Shown: piece by piece, positions 8,135 through 14,828 of the stretch | How the letters are laid out: each line of letters opens with the position of its first letter | Position numbering within the stretch: position 1 is the stretch's first letter | IMG/VR virus record: IMGVR_UViG_2648501165_000011 | DNA: 22,255 nucleotides | Direction: 5' to 3' (one strand) | From: a virus | Taxonomy: Duplodnaviria; Heunggongvirae; Uroviricota; Caudoviricetes | Position numbers and translations under genes: made by a program | Notes under the pieces: generated by a model | Told to the model about the DNA's origin: nothing | What the model saw: only the letters and a program-made list of their open reading frames with translations | The model's database searches: none

Positions 8135-8971
8135 TCAGAAGTCAGCCAGTTGATCGGAGGCTGCGCCCGTTGCGGTGAACCGGTTCTGCGGATCGCCGTC
8201 CTGCGTGCGCAGTTTTTCCTTCAGTGCTGTCAGCTCTGTGGTCAGTAAAGTGATTTTCTGGCTGTCCTGCTGATGGCGGGTTTCCAGCGCATTAAAACGG
8301 TCGATAATGTCGGCCTGTGACGTTGCGACACCTTCCACCGCTTCCTGAATACGGGAGAAACTGGCGTCATCCGCTTTGCGGCCACGGCCAATAATCCCCA
8401 TAACGCGGTTAAACCACTGGGTGCCTTCTTCCTGACGTTGTTCGGTGAGTTCGATAAGTTCTGACTCCATAGCGGCGGTAAACATCGCCACGTCTCCCTG
8501 CTGACAGTTGAATGTCATCAGTTGCATACGTTGTTGTGCCGCAAAGGCCAGACGTTCCGTGCCCAGGCTGGCAGGGGTGTCGGTCATTGCCAGCCCGCGC
8601 AGGTAAGGGCCTCCCGTGATGGTTGACTGTGGTTCCAGCTCAATACTGGAGTAAATTTTTTTACCATCGTTAAGCAGGGACATCATGCGAGCGGTCGGCT
8701 CAATTTCGGCATACAGTGCCGTGCGGCCTGCCAGCGGGCCATCGGTTATGTCTTCGGCGCTCAACCCCACAACATCGCCCATAGCGGAAAACTCGCTACC
8801 GGGGAGTGGTGACAGGATGTGCTCAATATTCACACGTGCACCATAAACGGACGGGTTATAACTGGTGGCGGCAGCTTTCAGCATGTCGCCGTTGATTTCG
8901 CGCCCGTCTGCCGTTACACCGGAGACAGCCACGCGAAACTTTTTGCGGGATGTCTTTTTTTCATTAGCCAT
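8135..8971 (-). CDS. O: Capsid scaffolding protein (P2 gpO-like)
   Basis: ORF 8135..9004; likely start ATG 8971 (MANEKKTSRKKFRVAVSG...) with GAGGGG upstream. VTDTPASLGTE and the coiled-coil C-terminus resemble gpO. Confidence 0.85.
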   Translation of the reverse strand: MANEKKTSRKKFRVAVSGVTADGREINGDMLKAAATSYNPSVYGARVNIEHILSPLPGSEFSAMGDVVGLSAEDITDGPLAGRTALYAEIEPTARMMSLLNDGKKIYSSIELEPQSTITGGPYLRGLAMTDTPASLGTERLAFAAQQRMQLMTFNCQQGDVAMFTAAMESELIELTEQRQEEGTQWFNRVMGIIGRGRKADDASFSRIQEAVEGVATSQADIIDRFNALETRHQQDSQKITLLTTELTALKEKLRTQDGDPQNRFTATGAASDQLADF

Positions 8972-9125
8972 AGTTTTTGCCCCTCTGACTGGTTCTTCAG
9001 TCATGATGGCAAAGCGTAACAGGCTGATACAAAGGGCTTTTGTTGTAAGAAAACGGCCAGAACAGGGGGTTAAGGAGAACAGTTTCGCGCGCGGGTAATC
9101 TTCCTGTAATTACTCAGGGGGAGCA
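8972..9125. promoter_or_regulatory. Divergent late-promoter region between O (minus) and P (plus); contains dyad TACAA-N10-TTGTA at 9028..9047
   Basis: 154-bp intergenic spacer between divergent late operons, as in P2, where Ogr-dependent promoters lie here. The exact TGT-N12-ACA consensus was not found, so promoter placement is inferred. Confidence 0.45.
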
Positions 9126-10877
9126 ATGATTCAGGACGCTTTTGTGCGCCAGCGTGCGCGGCAACTTTACTGGCAGGGTTATCCGCCCGCAGAAATATCA
9201 CGTCTGATGGGAATAAACCCGAACACGATTTATGCGTGGAAAAAACGCGACCAGTGGGATGAAACGCCACCCGTGCAGCGTGTCACGCAGTCCATCGATG
9301 CGCGCCTCATCCAGCTCACTGAAAAACAGAATAAAACAGGTGGTGACTTCAAGGAAATAGACCTGCTGACCCGGCAGCTTAAAAAACTGCATGATGGCCA
9401 GCCGGATGCGACGGCCACAGGAAAGAAAGGCCGGGCGAAAAAGCTTAAAAATCATTTCACGCCGGAACAGATTGCCGCACTGCGGGAAAAAATCATCAGC
9501 AGGCTGGAGTGGCATCAGCGGGGCTGGTTTGACTCCCTGACCCTTTGCAGGGAAGCAGGGATACGTAACAGGATGATCCTGAAATCCCGACAGATTGGGG
9601 CGACCTGGTATTTTGCACAGGAAGCGCTGCTGATGGCGCTGCGTGACGATGTGGCGCAACCTTACCAGCGTAACCAGATTTTTTTGTCTGCGTCGCGTCG
9701 TCAGGCGTTCCAGTTTAAAAGCATTATTCAGAAGGCCGCGGCTGAAGTTGATGTGGAGTTGAAAGGGGGCGATAAAATCATCCTCTCCAACGGCGCAGAG
9801 CTGCATTTTCTCGGCACTTCTGCTGCGTCGGCACAGTCCTATACGGGCAATTTTTATTTTGATGAATTTTTCTGGGTCAGTCGCTTTGCTGAACTGCGCA
9901 AGGTGGCTGGCGCTATGGCAACCCTCAGCGGACTGCGGCGCACCTACTTCTCCACGCCATCCACCGAAACGCACGAGGCATACGCCTACTGGAACGGCGA
10001 CCGCTGGAACGAGAAAAAGGCCACGCATAAACGCCAGCGTTTTTCTGTGGACTGGAAAACGCTGCATAACGGGCTTATCTGCCCTGACCGGACGTGGCGG
10101 CAAATTGTCACGCTGGAAGATGTGGTTAATCACGGCTGGAAACACACCGATATCGACGAAATTCGTGATGAAAACACCGAAGACGAGTTCCTCAATCTCT
10201 ATATGTGTGAGTTTGTCCGCGAAGGGGAATCGGCATTTAACCTGAATATCCTGATTGGCTGCGGTGTTGACGGATACGACGACTGGAAAGACTGGAAACC
10301 TTTTGCTCCCCGCCCGATGGGGAATCGTCCGGTATGGATTGGGTATGACGCAAACGGCAGCAGTGGCAACGGCGACAGCGGCGCTGTGTCCGTGGTGGTT
10401 CCTCCGTCTGTTCCTGGTGGCCGTTTTCGAACGGTGGAGACGCGACGCGTTCAGGGGCTGGAGTTTGAAGAACAGGCCAGAGTCATTGAAGAGTTCACGT
10501 GTCGCTACAACGTGGAACACATCGGCATTGATGTGACGGGCGGGAACGGGGAGGCTGTTTATCAGATAGTGAAACGGTTTTTCCCTGCCGCTATTCCGTA
10601 CACCTTCACGCTGTCATCAAAACGGTCGCTGGTACTGAAAATGCTGCAAATAATGCGTGCCGGGCGGTGGGAATACGATCGCGCCGAACGCGAGCTGGTC
10701 GCGGCCTTTAACGCCGTGCGTAAGGTGAAAACACCGGGCGGCTTTATCACTTACGAAACGGACCGCGCGAGGGGGATCAGCCACGGCGACCTTGCGTGGG
10801 CAACCATGCTTGCTGTCATTAACGAACCAATTGGCGGCGAAGGAGAAAACGAGCGTTTCACGGTTATGGAGTTCTGA
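9126..10877 (+). CDS. P: Terminase large (ATPase) subunit (P2 gpP-like)
   Basis: 583 aa; HTH-like N-terminus (ISRLMGINPNTIYAWKKR), ATPase core (LKSRQIGATWYFAQEAL, FYFDEFFWV) and C-terminal nuclease region. GGGGG RBS before ATG 9126; stop overlaps the Q start. Confidence 0.9.
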   Translation: MIQDAFVRQRARQLYWQGYPPAEISRLMGINPNTIYAWKKRDQWDETPPVQRVTQSIDARLIQLTEKQNKTGGDFKEIDLLTRQLKKLHDGQPDATATGKKGRAKKLKNHFTPEQIAALREKIISRLEWHQRGWFDSLTLCREAGIRNRMILKSRQIGATWYFAQEALLMALRDDVAQPYQRNQIFLSASRRQAFQFKSIIQKAAAEVDVELKGGDKIILSNGAELHFLGTSAASAQSYTGNFYFDEFFWVSRFAELRKVAGAMATLSGLRRTYFSTPSTETHEAYAYWNGDRWNEKKATHKRQRFSVDWKTLHNGLICPDRTWRQIVTLEDVVNHGWKHTDIDEIRDENTEDEFLNLYMCEFVREGESAFNLNILIGCGVDGYDDWKDWKPFAPRPMGNRPVWIGYDANGSSGNGDSGAVSVVVPPSVPGGRFRTVETRRVQGLEFEEQARVIEEFTCRYNVEHIGIDVTGGNGEAVYQIVKRFFPAAIPYTFTLSSKRSLVLKMLQIMRAGRWEYDRAERELVAAFNAVRKVKTPGGFITYETDRARGISHGDLAWATMLAVINEPIGGEGENERFTVMEF

Positions 10878-11923
10878 TGAGCAGAAAAAATAAAAAAGTG
10901 CGCATGAGTTCACGCATTGATCTCGCTGATGCGCTCAGGAAAGAATCATCGCTCAGTGCATTCACATTTGATGGTCCTTATCGCCTGACCGGGCATGACC
11001 TGCTGGACAATATGTACTGTGCTGATAACGGGCGGTGGTATGAAACCCCGGTGGACTGGTACGGTCTGGCAAGAGCTGCCCGGCAAACGTCCTGGCATCA
11101 GTCTGCGCTTTACTTTAAGCGCAATGTATTGCTCGGTTGCTATATTCCACACCCGCTGCTTTCCCGGCAGGATTTCTCGGCGCTGGCGCTGGACTGGTTT
11201 GTGTTCGGTAACGCATTCCTTGAGCTTCGAAGCAATATGCTCGGCGAACCGCTTAAATTACGGCACGCCCTGGCGAAATACATGCGACGCGGAAGCGATC
11301 TTGAATCATGGTGGTATGTGCAGGATGGTAAGGACGCGTTTCAGTTTCGCCCTGGCAAAGTGTGCCACCTGATGAATCCAGATATTAACCAGGAAATCTA
11401 CGGCATGCCGGAATATCTCGGCGCATTACTCTCGGCCAGCCTGTCTCATTCGGCGGACATGTTCAGAAAACTGTATTACGACAACGGATCCCACGCCGGG
11501 TGCATCATCTACATCGGTGCAGCGCAGGTAAACCGCGAAAGCATGGACTCCCTGAAAGAAACGTTACAGGGGGCACGTGGTGGTGGTGCGTTTAAAAACG
11601 TGCTCATTCATGCGCCCAACGGGGGCAAAGAGGGGGTGCAAATTTTGCCGTTCCAGCAGATCACCGCAAAGGATGAATTCATGAATGTTAAGGCGGCATC
11701 CCGTGATGATGTGCTGGCTGCGCACCGCGTTCCGCCGCAACTGATGGGGGCGATGCCGGGTGAAAAAAGTGCGTTTGGTGATGTGGAGAAGGCCGCGCGG
11801 GTTTACGCAATTAACGAGCTGATGCCAGTCATGGAGGCCATGAAGCACATCAATGACTGGCTTGGCGAAGAGGTTATCCGTTTTAACCCTTACGCACTGT
11901 TAGACACCCAGCCCACATCCTGA
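10877..11923 (+). CDS. Q: Portal (capsid vertex) protein (P2 gpQ-like)
   Basis: 348-aa ORF translationally coupled to P (TGATG overlap); content fits the gpQ portal family; last gene before the cos-proximal spacer. Confidence 0.9.
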   Translation: MSRKNKKVRMSSRIDLADALRKESSLSAFTFDGPYRLTGHDLLDNMYCADNGRWYETPVDWYGLARAARQTSWHQSALYFKRNVLLGCYIPHPLLSRQDFSALALDWFVFGNAFLELRSNMLGEPLKLRHALAKYMRRGSDLESWWYVQDGKDAFQFRPGKVCHLMNPDINQEIYGMPEYLGALLSASLSHSADMFRKLYYDNGSHAGCIIYIGAAQVNRESMDSLKETLQGARGGGAFKNVLIHAPNGGKEGVQILPFQQITAKDEFMNVKAASRDDVLAAHRVPPQLMGAMPGEKSAFGDVEKAARVYAINELMPVMEAMKHINDWLGEEVIRFNPYALLDTQPTS

Positions 11924-11950
11924 CGCGCTTCGCTTGTCTGCTGCTTCGCC

Positions 11951-11973
11951 GGGGCATAAAAAATTTATGCCCC
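11951..11973. terminator. Perfect stem-loop GGGGCATAAA-aaa-TTTATGCCCC just after the Q stop (no T-tract)
   Basis: 10-bp perfect inverted repeat read directly from the sequence; no flanking U-run, so it may be a packaging/cos-associated or RNA-stability structure rather than an intrinsic terminator. Confidence 0.4.
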
Positions 11974-12250
11974 GACTCTCCAGCTCCTGTATCAGTCAGA
12001 TAATTTCACGACGCCTTCCAATTTATCGCCACCATCGACGGTCAGACTCTTACGCAATCCCACCGCGTTGACTGCATGTTCTCGCCGCCTCAGTGCGATT
12101 TTGACGGCCTTACCTTTCACCCCATCAAATCAGAATCCCTCACGTATTTTTCACGCTCAGCGTGAGAAATACGGCCATTCTGTCGTGTCGCTGCGACATT
12201 GTTAAGGGAACGCTATTTACCCCCTGAAACGCGGGCTGTTCCCCCGTCAC
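11974..12250. other. Expected location of cos (packaging) site; exact cohesive-end sequence not identified
   Basis: In P2 the cos site lies just beyond the 3' end of Q. I could not match the remembered P2 cohesive-end sequence, so this is positional inference only. Confidence 0.25.
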
Positions 12251-12277
12251 CTGCGCGCAGAAAAAGCGCGTTTTTTT
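12251..12277 (+). terminator. Intrinsic-terminator-like element: short GC stem (CGCGC-agaaaaa-GCGCG) followed by T7
   Basis: Read directly from the sequence; would stop plus-strand read-through from P-Q. The stem is short (5 bp), so confidence is moderate. Confidence 0.45.
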
Positions 12278-12348
12278 GTGCATGCACGGATCCTTGACGG
12301 ATCCAGCCGCCACGGGGGCCGGAAGGGCAAAAAGTCGTTCAAAAAAAT

Positions 12349-12375
12349 TGTGCAAATTTGTGCACTATTGTGCAG
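12349..12375. repeat. Three direct repeats of TTGTGCA at exact 10-bp phasing
   Basis: attgtgcaaa / tttgtgcact / attgtgcagc at 12349, 12359 and 12369; helical-turn phasing suggests a protein-binding array. Confidence 0.5.
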
Positions 12376-12401
12376 CAGGGCGATGCGCGATTATCGCCCT
12401 G
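12376..12401. repeat. Palindrome CAGGGCGAT-N8-ATCGCCCTG just downstream of the Ea22-like gene stop
   Basis: Perfect 9-bp arms; shares its core (CAGGGCG/CGCCCTG) with the palindrome at 12977..12994 on the other side of the gene. Confidence 0.5.
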
Positions 12402-12414
12402 GTTTGAGAGGAAA

Positions 12415-12939
12415 TCAGGTGTTCTTTTTACCTTCTGTCAGTGGGCATAACCATCCACTATTTACATCACTTAGCTGATGCGTTCTTTCCTCGTGCTTCT
12501 CCTGCCACAATGCTTTTCCGCCAGCCTTTATGATGGCTCTTTCAACATCCCGCTCGTATCGCAAGGGCTGAAATACGTTATTAATGAAATATTCGCTTAT
12601 GTCCGGAAGCAATACTGCAAAATTATTGGTTTGTTGCGCCGTTCGGCTATGCAGCAAAGCGGCATACTTTAATGCGTCCTGTGCTTTCTGGAATTTCAGT
12701 GCATGCTCAGTGGCGATTTTTTCCAGTTCAGCGATCCTGTTGTCTTTGGTTTCCAGCTCTTCCAGCAGCTCGGCGATAATGTCCATTTCCTGATGACGGA
12801 TTTGACGCTTAAACGCCGCCACTGCTTCGCTACAATCCTGCTCAGCATTTGGGTTATCCGTGGTGGCCTCATACCACGCCAGCGTCGATTGATAGTTTTG
12901 TGCCGCCTCACGTAATGCCTGATAGTTGATTTCGCTCAT
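12415..12939 (-). CDS. Ead/Ea22-like family protein (unknown function), accessory cargo gene
   Basis: 174-aa ORF with AAGGAGA RBS 7 nt before ATG 12939. N-terminus MSEINYQALREAAQ... and coiled-coil segment ELLEELETKDNRIAELEKIA resemble the Ead/Ea22-like proteins of E. coli prophages as I remember them; C-terminal half has no recognisable motif. Confidence 0.5.
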   Translation of the reverse strand: MSEINYQALREAAQNYQSTLAWYEATTDNPNAEQDCSEAVAAFKRQIRHQEMDIIAELLEELETKDNRIAELEKIATEHALKFQKAQDALKYAALLHSRTAQQTNNFAVLLPDISEYFINNVFQPLRYERDVERAIIKAGGKALWQEKHEERTHQLSDVNSGWLCPLTEGKKNT

Positions 12940-12976
12940 TATGTCGTTCTCCTTGTTTATGTTCTGAGGTGGAGAG

Positions 12977-12994
12977 CAGGGCGAACCCGCCCTG
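12977..12994. repeat. Perfect hairpin CAGGGCG-aacc-CGCCCTG between parR stop and the Ea22-like start
   Basis: 7-bp perfect stem read from sequence; no T-tract on either side. Confidence 0.5.
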
Positions 12995-13002
12995 ACGTTG
13001 TG

Positions 13003-13314
13003 TTATTCAGGAAATAACGCCCGGATATTTCCGGCCATCTGACTGGTTATCTGTGCGGTTGGTGCTGGCTGTGACACGGGGCGTTCTGTCCTGGTTTGTG
13101 TCAGGGATAACGCTTCATCGTCAGCCCATGCAGCCAGTCGGTAAGCCTCTGCCGGATTAATTTTCATAAGTGCCAGTCCGGCCAGAAAAGCCACACGTTG
13201 ACCACTTTTGCGGGCTTCTGGTGTAAGGCTGTCCAGCCAGGCGCATGCTTCGCCTTCGTTCTTGACGGCGGCGGGCTTCAGATAGAAACTTATCCGTCTG
13301 GTTGGTGTCGTCAT
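13003..13314 (-). CDS. parR: ParR/StbB-like centromere-binding adaptor (ribbon-helix-helix), type II partition
   Basis: ORF 13003..13449; from ATG 13314 the product MTTPTRRISFYLKPAAVKNEGEACAWLDSLTPEARKSGQRVAFLAGLALMK...NIRALFPE parallels plasmid R1 ParR as remembered (RRTIAFKLNPDVNQ...LDSIPQGERSRLNRAALTAGLALYR...ILRSLFPKE). Immediately downstream of parM. Confidence 0.7.
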   Translation of the reverse strand: MTTPTRRISFYLKPAAVKNEGEACAWLDSLTPEARKSGQRVAFLAGLALMKINPAEAYRLAAWADDEALSLTQTRTERPVSQPAPTAQITSQMAGNIRALFPE

Positions 13315-13318
13315 TGGT

Positions 13319-14278
13319 TTACTCCTTGTCCATTGCGTACAGCCCATTAACCAGAGCAAACTGTGGCACCCCGTCCGCGATGAAAGTCGCATTAACTCCG
13401 CAGGCTTCGCGGATAGCGGGTGCCACAATCTCCGCCCCGCCACCGACAACCATCACCCGCCCGTAACCCGAAAAACCCGCCAGCGCGCGGATCACGCGTT
13501 GTTTCAGTGTTTCTTCCTTTTCACGAATAACCGCCATCAGGCTGTCGTAATGCGCGTCATTGTGGATGTGCTGGCGCAGCCAGGCTTCATTATGGCGATG
13601 TTCGATAATGGTATTGGCGATGTGGTGACTGGTACGCATACCGTTAGTGGCCATCACCGACAGTACGGCATCGGCCATCAGGGAAACGCCTACGTGTGGA
13701 TCGCAAAACACCTGGCTGATACCTGCCAGTTGTCCCTGAACCTTTGCCACATCCAGCGTGGTTCCGCCTAAATCCACAATCAGCAGGGATTCAAACGGAC
13801 TCATGTCAGCCAGTGCTTTAAAACCAGCCGGAATGGATTCAGGCATAACCCGTACGTTACGGATAGTGAATGCTTTTCCGTTCTGGTACGCCACCGGGCG
13901 CATGACGTTTGCTTTTTTGCGGTTGATGTTGGCCATGTCCGGCTGTGCGTTTGTGTCGAAATATTCGCTCAGTGGCAGGGTGACAACCACATCCACTTCC
14001 TGTGGTGTGATGCCTGATTTGACCAGCGCGTGATGAATGGCAATGACATTCACATCGCTGTACTGGTATTGCGTGTCGGTCGTCTGGACAAAGCGATCGC
14101 TGACCGGATCAAAACCATAGCGCACGCCATCAAGCATGTAGTTCGCGGGCTGCGTGCCACCGAACGGCGCAGACCATTCCGACTTGAAGCTGTTCGGGCT
14201 GATGGCGTTGCGGCGTTCGCCGTTCTCAGTCCATGCCAGCTTGATGTTGGTGGAGCCGTCATCGATACAAATTTTCAT
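13319..14278 (-). CDS. parM: ParM/StbA-like actin-type segregation ATPase
   Basis: 319 aa; MKICIDDGSTNIKLAW, ISPNSFK, YQYSDVNVIAIHHAL, VMPESIPAG, LIVDLGGTTLD, SGYGRVMVVGGGAE, LVNGLY track plasmid R1 ParM almost motif for motif (actin-fold phosphate-1, connect and adenosine motifs). AAGGAAAA RBS before ATG 14278. Confidence 0.85.
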   Translation of the reverse strand: MKICIDDGSTNIKLAWTENGERRNAISPNSFKSEWSAPFGGTQPANYMLDGVRYGFDPVSDRFVQTTDTQYQYSDVNVIAIHHALVKSGITPQEVDVVVTLPLSEYFDTNAQPDMANINRKKANVMRPVAYQNGKAFTIRNVRVMPESIPAGFKALADMSPFESLLIVDLGGTTLDVAKVQGQLAGISQVFCDPHVGVSLMADAVLSVMATNGMRTSHHIANTIIEHRHNEAWLRQHIHNDAHYDSLMAVIREKEETLKQRVIRALAGFSGYGRVMVVGGGAEIVAPAIREACGVNATFIADGVPQFALVNGLYAMDKE

Positions 14279-14304
14279 GTCGCTTTTCCTTATGTTGATT
14301 AATT

Positions 14305-14420
14305 AATCGTTTACGGGATTCTGAAATCCCGTTTTTGCCTGTTTTATGCGCGCTTCATATATCGCGGCGCGTTTTTTGCTCATTTACGGGATTTGTGAAT
14401 CCCGTTTCTGTCTGTTTTTT
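14305..14420. promoter_or_regulatory. parC-like centromere/operator: two 20-bp palindromes ACGGGATT-N4-AATCCCGT 73 bp apart (centre to centre), each followed by a conserved TTT(T/C)TG(C/T)CTGTTTT tail, flanking an AT-rich promoter-like core
   Basis: Sites at 14313..14332 and 14386..14405 read directly; position immediately upstream of parM matches the parC-parM-parR organisation of type II partition loci. Confidence 0.55.
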
Positions 14421-14794
14421 GTTTCCACTGGTCAGGCCACCCCGCAGCAGGTCTGCTTTGCGGCGGGCGCGTTCAGTGGTTTCACTGATTCTCTGTGCGT
14501 GCTCTGCGTCGCGGATGGCGCGCAGCATGTCAGAAAGCACGGTAACGGGTGTTTTCATGGTGTTCTGGTCTTGCTGAAGTGTGGATGCCAGGCGTGCGGC
14601 GGCTTCGGGGTCTGATGCCCCCAGCTGTTCCAGATAGCTGGCGACCGGGTTATGGCGGATCTCCGTGCTGCTTACGCCGTGGTTACGGCTCAGGCGCTGC
14701 CAGAGCTGCGTGATTCGGCTGTCCGGGCGGGTATCCGGTTTGCGTACAATTTCAAATCCCTGCGGTGCAATGATGCTGCCGTCAACGTACAGGC
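14355..14794 (-). CDS. ORF of unknown function whose 5' end lies in the assembly gap (could be a separate gene or the frame-shifted C-terminus of gpA)
   Basis: Open frame reads from the N-run to a stop at 14355. Translated segment (...EIVRKPDTRPDSRITQLWQRLSRNHGVSSTEIRHNPVASYLEQLGASDPEAAARLA...) is protein-like, but its C-terminal 20 codons run through the parC palindrome, so its true extent is uncertain. Confidence 0.3.
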
Positions 14795-14828
14795 NNNNNN
14801 NNNNNNNNNNNNNNNNNNNNNNNNNNNN
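14795..14828. other. Run of 34 N (assembly or scaffold gap of unknown true length)
   Basis: Directly visible in the sequence. Confidence 0.99.

Noticed and set aside
9198-10520. 440-aa minus-strand ORF antisense to terminase P
   Set aside because: Entirely inside the strongly supported P gene on the opposite strand; composition is Arg/Pro/Phe-skewed, typical of an antisense shadow ORF.
12140-12478. Small ORFs (71 aa minus, 66 aa plus) in the Q-to-cargo spacer
   Set aside because: They run through the palindromes and terminator-like element, lack an RBS and have odd composition; the region is better explained as structured non-coding DNA around cos.
11924-14782. Possibility that the variable region encodes a retron or a known defence system (old, tin, restriction-like)
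   Set aside because: No reverse transcriptase, nuclease, ATPase-OLD or other defence-like ORF is present; the only ATPase is actin-like ParM with a cognate ParR and centromere-like repeats.
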